Assembly (NCBI GenBank): GCA_015487975.1
Contig: WFOS01000076.1
Location: forward strand, 11,091-75,090
Direction: 5' to 3'
DNA from: Ardenticatena sp.
Lineage (GTDB): Bacteria > Chloroflexota > Anaerolineae > Ardenticatenales > Ardenticatenaceae
Length of the DNA: 64,000 nucleotides
The notes beneath the pieces were generated by a model. The model searched no databases, had not been told where the DNA came from, and worked only from the letters and a program-made list of their open reading frames with translations. Below are positions 7,440-16,739 of this stretch, piece after piece. Each line of letters starts with the position of its first letter. Positions within the stretch are counted from its first letter, which is position 1. The translations under genes were made by a program, and so were the position numbers.

Positions 7440-8664
7440 ATCCAAATGGCCACTCATCCCCGTTGCGGAAGCACGGCGCATCATTCTCGAACATGTCCAC
7501 CCGCTGGGCACCGAAGTACGCCGCTTCGAAACGGCGCAGGGCCATGTGTTGGCCGAAGATGTGCGTGCTCGCGAACCGATGCCCCCTTTCCCCGCCAGCG
7601 CCAAAGACGGGTTTGCCGTCATTGCTGACGATACAACCGAATGGCGGCGTATCGTTGGCGACCAATTCGCCGGCTACGACGCCAATTTGCGTGTCGAATA
7701 TGGCACCGCCGCTCGCATTACCACCGGCGCCCCTCTTCCACAAGGCGCCGACGCGGTCATCATGGTCGAATTCAGCGAAGTGCAAGGCGACCGTGTGCGC
7801 TTTACTCGCCGCGTTGCCCCTGGTGCGGATATTCGCCCGGTGGGACAAGACATTGCCGAGGGACAAGTTGTCTTGCCCGCCGGTACGCGGCTGGGCCCGC
7901 CCGAGCTGGGCTTGCTGGCTACTGTTGGCGCCACGCGCATCACCGTCTGGAAACGGCCACGTATCGGCGTGATGAGCACAGGCGACGAACTGGTCGAACC
8001 GGATGCAACACCCGGCCCCGGCCAAATCCGCGATGCCAACCGCTTCGGCCTGATGGCTGCCGTGCGTGAAACGGGCGCCGAGGCGGTTGATTTAGGGTTT
8101 GCTCCCGATACCGCCGACGCGCTGGAAACCTTCATCCGCGATGGACTGGCCACATGCGACGCCATCGTGACAAGTGGCGGCGTCTCTATGGGGGAACTCG
8201 ACCTGGTGAAGCCGTTGTTGGAACGCATCGGCACGGTGCATTTTGGGCGTGTTTCGGTCAAGCCGGGGAAGCCGGTCACCTTCGCAATGGTGGATGGCAA
8301 ACCTTTCTTCGCCATGCCTGGCTTTCCGGTCTCTTCACTCGTGGCGTTCGAAATTTTCGCTCGTCCTGCTCTGCTCCGTATGGCTGGCTGGCCACTGGAC
8401 GCCGTGGAACGCCCACGTGTGCCCGCCGTGCTCGACCATGATATTCACCACGGCGCTGCCCGCACGGAGTATCAACGTGCTGTGGTGCGATTCGATCGCG
8501 CCGATGGACGCTTTCACGCCACGACGACAGGCTTTCAAGGGAGCGGACGCCTATTGAGCATGGTTGGTGCGAATGCCCTGCTAGAATTGCCCGAAGGACG
8601 TGGGAATTTTCAAGCGGGTGAAGTGGTCGAGGCGTTGCTCATCGCCCCGCTGAAAACGGAGTGA
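7432..8664 (+). CDS. moeA: Molybdopterin molybdenumtransferase
   Basis: 'PLIPVAEARRIILEHV...EDVRAREPMPPFPASAKDGFAV' and 'VTSGGVSMGELDLV...KPGKPVTFA' are MoeA domains. Start taken at ATG 7432, overlapping the folB end by 8 nt. Confidence 0.9.
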   Translation: MVESKWPLIPVAEARRIILEHVHPLGTEVRRFETAQGHVLAEDVRAREPMPPFPASAKDGFAVIADDTTEWRRIVGDQFAGYDANLRVEYGTAARITTGAPLPQGADAVIMVEFSEVQGDRVRFTRRVAPGADIRPVGQDIAEGQVVLPAGTRLGPPELGLLATVGATRITVWKRPRIGVMSTGDELVEPDATPGPGQIRDANRFGLMAAVRETGAEAVDLGFAPDTADALETFIRDGLATCDAIVTSGGVSMGELDLVKPLLERIGTVHFGRVSVKPGKPVTFAMVDGKPFFAMPGFPVSSLVAFEIFARPALLRMAGWPLDAVERPRVPAVLDHDIHHGAARTEYQRAVVRFDRADGRFHATTTGFQGSGRLLSMVGANALLELPEGRGNFQAGEVVEALLIAPLKTE

Positions 8665-8667
8665 CGC

Positions 8668-9459
8668 ATGGACGAACGTACGTACCTGCGCACCCAACAA
8701 TATGGCACAGCGTCGAACCTGAATGCACGTATCGAGCTGCACCGCCGATTCAGCACCAACCCCTATCCGTGGCACACCTGGGTACTCGACCACATCTCCG
8801 CCCCCGACAACGCCCACATTCTCGAAGTCGGGTGTGGGCCTGCCTCGCTCTGGCGCGACCACCTGACACGCATTCCATCAACATGGCGCATCGTGCTGGC
8901 TGATCTTTCGGAAGGCATGGGCAAGGACGCAATGGCGCATGTGGGGCACGATCGGCGTTTTTCCTGCGTGTGTGCTGATATTCAAGCCCTGCCATTCGAA
9001 GCCGATACATTCGACGTCGTCATCGCTAACCATATGCTCTACCATGTTCACGACGTGCATGCCGCCCTGCGTAACGTGCGGCGCGTGCTCAAAGCGGGGG
9101 GGCGTTTCTACGCCGCCACGAATGGGCCACGCCATCTGGCGCAATTCCATGAGTGGGCGCATCGGTTGGGGCGTGAATGGCTGACATTCGACCGCAGTAC
9201 GCTGCAAGAGCGTTTCTTGCTGCACAACGGCGAGCACATGCTCCGCATGCACTTCCAGCATGTGCGCCGCCACGACTATCCCGACGCCCTGCACATCACC
9301 GACATCGAACCCTTGCTGGCGTACATCGCCTCAACCCCTGTGGGGCAAAGCCTGCGCAAGGATGAATGGCAAACCCTACGCGCACTTTTGGAAGACGAGC
9401 TGGCCCGCCACAGTCTCATTCGTGTCGAAAAAGAAAGTGGTCTGTTCGAAGCCTGGTGA
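8668..9459 (+). CDS. Class I SAM-dependent methyltransferase
   Basis: 'ILEVGCGPASLW' (motif I), 'DIQALPFEADTFDVVIANHMLYHV' and 'LKAGGRFYAAT'. Confidence 0.85.
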   Translation: MDERTYLRTQQYGTASNLNARIELHRRFSTNPYPWHTWVLDHISAPDNAHILEVGCGPASLWRDHLTRIPSTWRIVLADLSEGMGKDAMAHVGHDRRFSCVCADIQALPFEADTFDVVIANHMLYHVHDVHAALRNVRRVLKAGGRFYAATNGPRHLAQFHEWAHRLGREWLTFDRSTLQERFLLHNGEHMLRMHFQHVRRHDYPDALHITDIEPLLAYIASTPVGQSLRKDEWQTLRALLEDELARHSLIRVEKESGLFEAW

Positions 9460-9478
9460 AAAACAGAGGAGAGAGGAT

Positions 9479-9853
9479 ATGGATCCACTGGCGCTCGTGC
9501 GTGAGTTTCACGAACGGTTCGACGTTGAAATTGCCGACCATCCAACCATTCCACCTGCACACCTGCGTGAACTGCGCCTGCGGCTCATTCAAGAAGAAAT
9601 GCAAGAATTATGTGACGCCGCACATGAGGAAGATCTGCCCGCCATTGCTCGTGAGTTGGCCGACTTGATTTATGTCTGCTACGGGATGGCACTCGTGTAT
9701 GGCATCCCGATTCACGACGTATTTGCCGAAGTGCACGCCAGTAACATGAGCAAACTCGGCCCCGACGGGCATCCCATCCGCCGCGAGGATGGGAAGGTGC
9801 TCAAAGGCCCCAACTTTCGCCCGCCACACATCGCCCACCTGCTCCATTCATGA
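9479..9853 (+). CDS. MazG-like nucleotide pyrophosphohydrolase domain protein
   Basis: 124 aa. 'LRLRLIQEEMQELCDA...ELADLIYVCYG' matches the all-alpha MazG/HisE-type EExxE...D pattern. ATG 9479 has a GGAGAGAGG RBS. The longer ORF 9260.. overlaps the methyltransferase. Confidence 0.75.
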   Translation: MDPLALVREFHERFDVEIADHPTIPPAHLRELRLRLIQEEMQELCDAAHEEDLPAIARELADLIYVCYGMALVYGIPIHDVFAEVHASNMSKLGPDGHPIRREDGKVLKGPNFRPPHIAHLLHS

Positions 9854-9855
9854 CA

Positions 9856-9880
9856 GAAGGGGCGCGATATGCGCCCCTTC
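9856..9880. terminator. GC-rich hairpin between convergent genes
   Basis: 'gaaggggcgc gatat gcgccccttc' forms a perfect 10-bp stem. It has no clear U-tract, so it may act bidirectionally or weakly. Confidence 0.45.
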
Positions 9881-9904
9881 GTGCGAGGATTCCACCACCC
9901 GCGA

Positions 9905-10384
9905 CTACTGGTCGCGTACTTCGACGGTTACCGTCACGGGTCCTGCCTTCTCGAAGACGAACGTTGCCTCGAACGAATCGCCCACCTTCAACGCGCGTTG
10001 CAACTCCATCAGCATCACATGGTAGCCTCCCGGCTCGAAGGGAACTGTTTCGCTCGCCGGGACTTCGACGCCTTCGGGCTGTGGCATCATCTTCGCCACA
10101 CCGTTGGCGTCAAACGCCGTGCGGTGAATTTCAGCGCGCTCCGCGACGGCTGTTTCGACACGCAACAAGCGGTCGGTAGTATCACCACGGTTCACAATCG
10201 TGGCAAAAATGACGCCGGGGGTCCCCATTTCTATCTCGCTCTCGCCGTCTTGGCCCATCGCCATCTGCTGCACCGGACGCGACCAAGCATCACGCACTTC
10301 CACTCGCCCTTCGGATTGTCCTGTGCCAGTACAGCCGCTCATGAGCAGAACCAAAGGCAAAAGCCACAGCCACTTTCGCAGCAT
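9905..10384 (-). CDS. Copper chaperone PCu(A)C (DUF461) lipoprotein
   Basis: Lipobox 'LLMSGC'. 'ATIVNRGDTTDRLL...AERAEIH...GGYHVMLMEL' matches the PCuAC Met/His copper-site pattern. Confidence 0.85.
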   Translation of the reverse strand: MLRKWLWLLPLVLLMSGCTGTGQSEGRVEVRDAWSRPVQQMAMGQDGESEIEMGTPGVIFATIVNRGDTTDRLLRVETAVAERAEIHRTAFDANGVAKMMPQPEGVEVPASETVPFEPGGYHVMLMELQRALKVGDSFEATFVFEKAGPVTVTVEVRDQ

Positions 10385-10409
10385 CGTCGTTTCCTCCTGT
10401 TTTCGTTCG

Positions 10410-11039
10410 TTAGCGCAAAAGTGCCTTCAAATCGGCGGCCATTTCCTCCGCCGTCAAGGTTGGCGCCCACAAAAGTTTGAGATTGCCATCCGGATCGATC
10501 AACAGCACACTGGCGGTGTGATCGAACAAAATCGTCTCACCTTGGGATTGGTCGGCATAGTAAATTCCCAGCGGTGTTGCCAATTGCGCCAGTGCATCGG
10601 GGGTTCCCCGCAATCCAATGAACGATGGATTGTAGCTTTCCACGAACCCTTTCAGCCGCTCGATCGTATCACGCTCCGGATCCACCGATACAAAGACCAC
10701 CTGCACCTGTTCGGCTTCTTCTGGCGAAAGTTGCGCCATCATGTTGCGCAGTTTGAGCATCGTTGTTGGGCAGACATCCGGACAGTGGGTGTAACCAAAA
10801 AAGAGCACGACGTACTTGCCACGCAAATCGCTCAAACGCATTTCGCCGCCACGTGTGCTCTCCATTACGACATCGGGGGGAGTGCGTCCTGGGTCAAATG
10901 CCGTGCCGTTGAGCACCGGGGGACGCATTTGTTGTATCACGAACCACACCCCCAGTATCAACACCCCCAGAACAATCCCTCCTCCCAGCAAGCGATTTCT
11001 GTGTTGCATTGGCTTCCTCCTCCTTTTGATGTCAGACAC
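10410..11039 (-). CDS. SCO1/SenC family thioredoxin-fold copper chaperone
   Basis: TM anchor, then 'VVLFFGYTHCPDVCPTT' (CxxxC) and a downstream 'H' in 'LFDHTASVLLIDPDG'. Confidence 0.9.
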   Translation of the reverse strand: MSDIKRRRKPMQHRNRLLGGGIVLGVLILGVWFVIQQMRPPVLNGTAFDPGRTPPDVVMESTRGGEMRLSDLRGKYVVLFFGYTHCPDVCPTTMLKLRNMMAQLSPEEAEQVQVVFVSVDPERDTIERLKGFVESYNPSFIGLRGTPDALAQLATPLGIYYADQSQGETILFDHTASVLLIDPDGNLKLLWAPTLTAEEMAADLKALLR

Positions 11040-11144
11040 ACGTAGAAGTATGGTGTTTTGCTGTCATCCGGACAAGGTGTCATTTGTCATTGTTCTCGAA
11101 GAGCTGGCACAGGGAAAGCCGTCCAGGATACCTGTCATCACACT

Positions 11145-11174
11145 AAAAAAAACACACCCAGAGGAGGGTGTGTT
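11145..11174 (-). terminator. Intrinsic terminator after the pseudokinase gene
   Basis: The minus strand reads 'aacacaccc tcctct gggtgtgtt' followed by TTTTTTT. It lies 23 nt downstream of the stop at 11197. Confidence 0.75.
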
Positions 11175-11196
11175 CCGTATGGCTGGCTCGCATGTC

Positions 11197-12474
11197 TCAC
11201 GGGGACGGTGGCCCCAGGCTCACGATAAGGTCTACCGCCGTTCCAGCCACCACCTGCACGTCAGCCCGTGGGTTTTGTTCGAGAACCAGCCCAGCAGGCA
11301 CAGCCGCATCATGCGCGTAGCGTACCAGCCCCACCTGTAAGCCAGCCTCTTCGAGCACGGCTGTGGCATCTTCCAGCGATAAGCCGAACACATCGGGAAT
11401 CGCCACAATCTGCGCCGAGGGCGTCAACTCTGGTGGTGGTGCGCTCTGTTCCTGCGGCACAGGTGTCGCCAGCGGCAAAGGGGCAGCGTTCGGCTGCGCG
11501 ATTTGCCAGACGAATACCACCAAAAGCACGGCCGCAAGAGCCGTCAACACCCCCATCGAGAACATGGCTTCTGGCGTCCAAGCAGACGCAAGGGGCGCGG
11601 TCTCAGGCGTTTGCGACGCAGATGCGGGCGTCGAAACAGAGATTTCATGCACGTGGTCGTGCAGTGCCAGGGGAAGCGCCCGCGCAAGCACACGCGCCGT
11701 TGGGGGGCGCATGTAGGGGTCGGGATGCAGGCAACGCAGCAGAAGCGTTTCGAGCGTCTCGGAGAGCAAGGGGTTATATCGCGATGGGGGAATTGGATAG
11801 AGGCGCGACGTATCGTTCGGAGCGAAAGGGGAGTGTTGCGTCAGCATCTCATACAACACAACTCCCAACGCATACACATCTGCTGCTGTGGTCAATGGTG
11901 CGGCAGGGTTTTCGAGCCGTTCCGGCGCAGCATAGGGGCGGACATCGGGGGCGTCGATACCGGCTGCTATAACCGTACAGAGTTCCCATTCACCAAATGC
12001 AATTTGCAGGTGGTCGTGCGGTTCTTCGTGAATGTACATCGTGGTGGGAGCAAGCGCCCCATGTGCAAGCCCCGCTGCATGGACAGGCACCAAGGCTTCG
12101 ACAATCGCCGTGCCGACACGCACTGCGGCTTCTGGTTCAACCAGTGACGTTTCTGCCAACCAACGGTTCAAGGGAATGCCGGTCGGCGGGTGTTCCACCT
12201 GATAGAGCGTTCCATCGTCAGTGGCACCAAATTCGAGGATGGTGGGAATACACGGCAAGGCGAGTTCCTGTAATCGCCAGAGGCGATCGTGCCATTGGTC
12301 GTAGAAGGCACTCGATTGGCTCAATTCAGGCCAGAAACGTTTGATCCAGACACGCTGCCCCTGCTCAATGTCCGTACCTTCGAAAAGGTCATACCCATGG
12401 CGGCGATCGAGCAGACGTTCGACATGAAAACGTGGAAGGGGTTGCCAATCAACAGTCATCGCGCTCTCCTGCAT
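11197..12474 (-). CDS. Ser/Thr-kinase-fold protein with a C-terminal TM segment and PASTA domain; catalytic motifs degenerate (pseudokinase)
   Basis: Kinase-fold landmarks are retained: 'VWIKRF', 'YAAPERL' and 'DVYALGVVLYEML'. The G-loop is absent, HRDLKPxN is replaced by 'HGALAPTT', and DFG is replaced by 'AFG'. C-terminal PASTA: 'IPDVFGLSLEDATAVLEEAGLQVG...VDLIVSLG'. Confidence 0.8.
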   Translation of the reverse strand: MQESAMTVDWQPLPRFHVERLLDRRHGYDLFEGTDIEQGQRVWIKRFWPELSQSSAFYDQWHDRLWRLQELALPCIPTILEFGATDDGTLYQVEHPPTGIPLNRWLAETSLVEPEAAVRVGTAIVEALVPVHAAGLAHGALAPTTMYIHEEPHDHLQIAFGEWELCTVIAAGIDAPDVRPYAAPERLENPAAPLTTAADVYALGVVLYEMLTQHSPFAPNDTSRLYPIPPSRYNPLLSETLETLLLRCLHPDPYMRPPTARVLARALPLALHDHVHEISVSTPASASQTPETAPLASAWTPEAMFSMGVLTALAAVLLVVFVWQIAQPNAAPLPLATPVPQEQSAPPPELTPSAQIVAIPDVFGLSLEDATAVLEEAGLQVGLVRYAHDAAVPAGLVLEQNPRADVQVVAGTAVDLIVSLGPPSP

Positions 12475-13105
12475 TGGTTACGTCGGCGTTCAACACCCCA
12501 GCTCGCTCAGCAGCCGTGCGCACATCGTTGCGGAACTGCGTCAGCAATTGCGTCGCTTCTTCGGGGCGCATGCCCTGCATGCGTAAAATGTACGATGGGT
12601 GATAGGTCACAAGGGCTGGAATGCCAAAGGGTGTATCCAACCATGTGCCGCGCACATCCCGCATACGCAATGTGTTGCGCCCCAGGATGGTTTTGGCGGC
12701 TGTTCCACCAATCAACAAGAGGACCTTCGGTTGAATGATACGCACTTCCCGCTCGAAAAACGGCCACGATGCACGACGTTCAGCGGCATTGGGGGGGCGT
12801 GTGCGCAGGGAGCGCCCATGACGGCGTGTCGGCCATACCTTCACCACATTGCTCACCCACACATCGCGGCTGCGATCCAATCCTAATTCGGTGAGTACCT
12901 GTTCCAGTAATTGCCCGCTTTTCCCGACAAAGGGACGCCCCTCGCGGTCTTCCTGCGGACCGGGGGCTTCCCCAACGAGCATCAATGGAGCGTCGGGGTT
13001 GCCTTCGCCAAAAACAATTTGCGTCTGGTCGGGTGTGAGCAATGGAGCAAGAGCCGTTTCGGCTTCGTGTCGTAAGGCTTCGAGCGCGGCTGCTTTCTCA
13101 CTCAT
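12449..13105 (-). CDS. Uracil-DNA glycosylase, family-4-like, without Fe-S cysteines
   Basis: 'GEGNPDAPLMLVGEAPGPQEDREGRPFVGKSGQLL' and 'LVTYHPSYILR' are UDG family-4 motifs A and B. Start ATG 13105 has an AAGGAG RBS. Confidence 0.85.
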   Translation of the reverse strand: MSEKAAALEALRHEAETALAPLLTPDQTQIVFGEGNPDAPLMLVGEAPGPQEDREGRPFVGKSGQLLEQVLTELGLDRSRDVWVSNVVKVWPTRRHGRSLRTRPPNAAERRASWPFFEREVRIIQPKVLLLIGGTAAKTILGRNTLRMRDVRGTWLDTPFGIPALVTYHPSYILRMQGMRPEEATQLLTQFRNDVRTAAERAGVLNADVTNAGERDDC

Positions 13106-14456
13106 GGGGTACTCCTTGCGGCGGGGCTTGCAGGCGAATGAAGCCGATACCGCCATCTTCGATCGTTACAACGCCCATCACTATCGCCCCTTCGATATCG
13201 GCAAAGACGCGCCATGTTCCCGCAGGCACATCGCCGATGAGCAGATTTTCCTGCCATTCGTCGTCGGGTGGTGTTTCCTCACTGGCGTAGGTGTATTCGT
13301 AAAAGGCGACGCGATCTTCATCCATGGGAAGCACGGTGACCAACGCTTCGCGTGCTGGTGTTCCATCAGCTTCGAGGATTTGTCCTACCAACACACCACG
13401 CCCCGGTCGTGGTTTCAGCCACAGTTCCGGGTTGCGCACCGTATCGTAAAAGTTCGCACCCACGCGGACTTCCAAATGCAGGTGCGGCCCCAAGGCAATC
13501 CCACTCGCACCAACAGCACCCAGGAGATCACCTGTGCGAACACGCTGCCCCGTTTGCACAGCAATGTCGTGCATATGCCCAAACAGCACATAGATGGGGC
13601 GACCGTTCCATTGGCGGTCGAGTTGCATCACCACGACATTGCCATAAAAGTTCGTGGTCGGTCCGACAGCAACGGTATCATCGCGCCCGGCAAAAACAAT
13701 CGTGCCATCAGCCGGGGCAATGATAGGTGTTCCCAACGGGTTGACGAATTCGACCCCATGATGTGGCGCGTACTGCCCCTCGCCTGTCGAGCCGTAGGGA
13801 TAGAAACGCGCTATTGTGTTGGTCGCCGATGGCGGAATGGGACGCTCAAGCCAAAAGTGTGCCGTCGCCTGAGGCGTTGGAACCGGCGTTGGGGTAGGCG
13901 GTAACGGTATCGGGGTCGGGGTGGGGGTTGCCACGGTGACGCTGAACGTCAGTGTTGCGCCACCGTCGGTGCGCAAGACGTGTTCTCCCGGGGCAATCTC
14001 TTCCGGTAAGGGAATACTGGCTGTACATGCCCCAGCATAACAGGAGAGCACGCCCACCTGTTGGTCGTCGAGCCAGAGTGGGAATTCGACGAACGCCGCC
14101 CCATCGCCCGCCTCACCGGTGGGCAAGCCACCACGCCCAACCACCGTCAACGTACTGCCGCGTGTGGCTGGCTGTGGGCGCACACGCGTCAATTCGGGGA
14201 ACGTGAACGCCGGTGTGGGAGTAGGGGATGACGGCAGTGTGGGGGTTGGCGTGGCAGTGGCGGTTGCTTCGGTTGGCGTGGCAGGGCGTGGTGGGGCTTC
14301 TTCACCAGATGGCGTTGCCGCAACCAAGGCCGAAGCAGGTAGCGCCTGGCGTGCACGAGCAGATGTACCGGCGACTGCGGCCAGTAACACCCCCAGCAAA
14401 AGCAATCCAACGCCAATGCCTACGATGGTATCAAGTGTGCGACGTGACATACACAA
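13098..14456 (-). CDS. M23 (LytM-type) metallopeptidase with an N-terminal TM segment and Pro/Thr-rich linkers
   Basis: 'HHGVEFVNPLGTPIIAPADGTIVFAG', 'GASGIALGPHLHLEV' (HxH) and the TM segment 'IVGIGVGLLLLGVLLAAV'. Confidence 0.85.
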   Translation of the reverse strand: MCMSRRTLDTIVGIGVGLLLLGVLLAAVAGTSARARQALPASALVAATPSGEEAPPRPATPTEATATATPTPTLPSSPTPTPAFTFPELTRVRPQPATRGSTLTVVGRGGLPTGEAGDGAAFVEFPLWLDDQQVGVLSCYAGACTASIPLPEEIAPGEHVLRTDGGATLTFSVTVATPTPTPIPLPPTPTPVPTPQATAHFWLERPIPPSATNTIARFYPYGSTGEGQYAPHHGVEFVNPLGTPIIAPADGTIVFAGRDDTVAVGPTTNFYGNVVVMQLDRQWNGRPIYVLFGHMHDIAVQTGQRVRTGDLLGAVGASGIALGPHLHLEVRVGANFYDTVRNPELWLKPRPGRGVLVGQILEADGTPAREALVTVLPMDEDRVAFYEYTYASEETPPDDEWQENLLIGDVPAGTWRVFADIEGAIVMGVVTIEDGGIGFIRLQAPPQGVPHE

Positions 14457-14458
14457 TC

Positions 14459-15010
14459 CTATGGCATAACCGGCTTGATGAAATCTTCGGCGACCCAGCC
14501 TTGCACCTGGCTATCGACTTTCTGTACCTTCCACCAGACAAATCCATCCACTTCTTCGGGCCCACCAATAATCACAAGGCGTGTCCCTTCTGGCAACAGT
14601 TCGACAATCGCAAACGAAACGCCAGGTCCTTCACGCATGTTCAGTCCCAAGCCATCCGTGTTGAACACCTCTACCGTCACACCAATGCCAACGGTATTGG
14701 GAACACTGGGCGTAGCCGTTGGTTCAGGCGCAACGGTCAGTGTTGGCAACGCGGTGGGGGATGGCCCAGGCGTAAACGTTGCCAGGGCAGCGGTCGCCAC
14801 CACATTGCGTGGATTGGTATCGCCGGGCAACGTCGTTTCAGGCTCGCGGCGGCAGCTCAGTGCCACCAAAATGATGACAATCACAAGCCCCAGCAAAAGC
14901 AACGAAAGCGCGACACGCAAGCGCGTGCTGGTCAGGTCGATACCACGGCTGCGGCGTGGCCGTTGTGGCGGTGGCTCGAATTCCTGGTGCGGATCGAACA
15001 TGCCGGACAT
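14459..15010 (-). CDS. Membrane-anchored SH3b-domain protein
   Basis: TM segment 'LRVALSLLLLGLVIVIILVAL'. C-terminal 'LNMREGPGVSFAIVELLPEGTRLVIIGGPEEVDGFVWWKVQ...GWVAEDFI' is the bacterial SH3 pattern. Its stop is 2 nt from the M23 gene start. Confidence 0.75.
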   Translation of the reverse strand: MSGMFDPHQEFEPPPQRPRRSRGIDLTSTRLRVALSLLLLGLVIVIILVALSCRREPETTLPGDTNPRNVVATAALATFTPGPSPTALPTLTVAPEPTATPSVPNTVGIGVTVEVFNTDGLGLNMREGPGVSFAIVELLPEGTRLVIIGGPEEVDGFVWWKVQKVDSQVQGWVAEDFIKPVMP

Positions 15011-15150
15011 AGGTCACCTGTTCCAGGTTGATTGTTCAGTGCTCAGCGCAGGCACTGATTATAGGAAGGTTTGCGCGAATGAGCAACGCTTTTCCTCTGC
15101 CTATGCTTTCTGAATACCAGATGTCTATCGTTTCTCCCCCTTCTTTCTCA

Positions 15151-15178
15151 TTGACGAATAGGGGGCATTTCATACGAT
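15151..15178 (+). promoter_or_regulatory. Candidate sigma-70 promoter for the GH57 gene
   Basis: TTGACG-N16-TACGAT, about 58 nt upstream of ATG 15236. Confidence 0.35.
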
Positions 15179-15235
15179 TGAAGTGGTTTGTTTGCCAGGC
15201 TTATCGATTCAGCACACCTGAGAAGAGGCATTTCA

Positions 15236-16675
15236 ATGACGAAAAACGTCGCGCTTTGCATTCACGGCCATTTTTACCAACCGCCGCGGCACGACCCAAT
15301 CACGGGCGAAATTCCGAATGAGCCAGGGGCAGAGCCGTATCACAACTGGAATGAGCGCATTCACGCTGAATGCTACGAGCCGAACGCACGCTTGGGAAAC
15401 TTCGAGCGCATCAGCTTCGACATCGGCCCTACGCTCTTTACCTGGATGGAAACCTACGCCCCACATACGGTTCAAGCCATCATTTCACAAGACCGCGCCA
15501 ATGTCGAACGGTTTGGTGTTGGGAACGCTATGGCGCAAGCGTACAATCACACCATTCTGCCGCTTGCGGCCTATACGGACAAAGTCACACAGGTGCGTTG
15601 GGGTATTGCCGAATTCGAGCACCGTTTCGGGCGCAAACCTGAGGGTATGTGGCTGCCGGAAACCGCAGTCGATACGGAAACGCTCTGCGTCCTCGCTGAC
15701 CATGGTATCACGTTTACGATTCTGGCTCCCTGGCAAGCCCAAGATCCCCATCTGGATACAGGGCGTGTGTACCGAGTGCCGCTTCCACACGGGCGCAGTA
15801 TCAATGTGTTCTTTTACCACCCATCTTTGAGCAGCATGGTCAGTTTCGACCCCACTGCAACCGCCAATGCGGATGAATTCTTTGCAACACGCGTTCGACC
15901 TCTCCTGGAACAGCCGACACCCGACGGCGAACCACGCCTGGTGCTGCTAGCGTCGGATGGGGAACTGTATGGGCATCATCAACCATTTCGGGATTACTTT
16001 TTGCAGTATCTCCTCACAGCTACGGCCCCTGCGCACGGCGTCGATGTGACCTATCCAGCCCGATGGATAGGTCAACATCCACCCCGCGCCACCATGCACA
16101 TTCGTGATCACACATCGTGGAGTTGCCACCACGGCGTGTTGCGCTGGTCGGGCATGTGCCCCTGCACCCCCGATGGTGGCGCATGGAAAGAGGCTTTCCG
16201 CGACGCGATGAACCGCATCGGCGCAGCACTGGATGGTGTGTACATCGAGCACGTACAACCATACATTGCAAATGTGTGGGAGCTCCGTCATCGGTACATC
16301 GAAGTCATTTTGGGGTATCGTGCTGCCGAAGACCTGGTTTGGGAAATGGCAGGCAAGCGTCTCGATGCCGATATCACACAGGCGATCCTGCTGCTCCTGA
16401 AATCACAGCACGCCCGCCAGCAGATGTTCACCTCTTGTGGCTGGTTCTTCGAAGATTTCGACCGCATCGAACCCAAAAACAACGTTGCCTACGCGGCACA
16501 GGCCGTCTGGTTTGCGCAACAAGCCACCCACCGTGCGCTTGCACCAGGCGCAGCTGCACGACTACGCGCGGTCATGAGTACACGCACAGGGCTGCGAGGT
16601 GATACCGTTTTCTGGCAGCAATGGGCACGCTGGGAAGAAATCACCAACGCATACGTCAGACACCACCTGCGCTAG
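15236..16675 (+). CDS. Glycoside hydrolase family 57 protein (with DUF3536-like C-terminal region)
   Basis: 'ALCIHGHFYQPPR', 'NWNERIHAECYEPNA', 'FDIGPTLFTWME' and 'MWLPETAVD' form the GH57 catalytic core. Start ATG 15236 is preceded by AGAAGAGG. Confidence 0.9.
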   Translation: MTKNVALCIHGHFYQPPRHDPITGEIPNEPGAEPYHNWNERIHAECYEPNARLGNFERISFDIGPTLFTWMETYAPHTVQAIISQDRANVERFGVGNAMAQAYNHTILPLAAYTDKVTQVRWGIAEFEHRFGRKPEGMWLPETAVDTETLCVLADHGITFTILAPWQAQDPHLDTGRVYRVPLPHGRSINVFFYHPSLSSMVSFDPTATANADEFFATRVRPLLEQPTPDGEPRLVLLASDGELYGHHQPFRDYFLQYLLTATAPAHGVDVTYPARWIGQHPPRATMHIRDHTSWSCHHGVLRWSGMCPCTPDGGAWKEAFRDAMNRIGAALDGVYIEHVQPYIANVWELRHRYIEVILGYRAAEDLVWEMAGKRLDADITQAILLLLKSQHARQQMFTSCGWFFEDFDRIEPKNNVAYAAQAVWFAQQATHRALAPGAAARLRAVMSTRTGLRGDTVFWQQWARWEEITNAYVRHHLR

Positions 16676-16693
16676 GGGGGCCTGGCACGCATC

Positions 16694-16725
16694 AAAAAAC
16701 GGGGGCTTGTGCCCCCGTTCTGTTT
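16694..16725. terminator. Bidirectional intrinsic terminator between GH57 and hpf
   Basis: 'aaaaaacgggggc ttgt gcccccgtt ctgttt'. A-run and T-run flank a 9-bp GC stem. Confidence 0.75.
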
Positions 16726-16739
16726 GCCATCGTCCCGTA

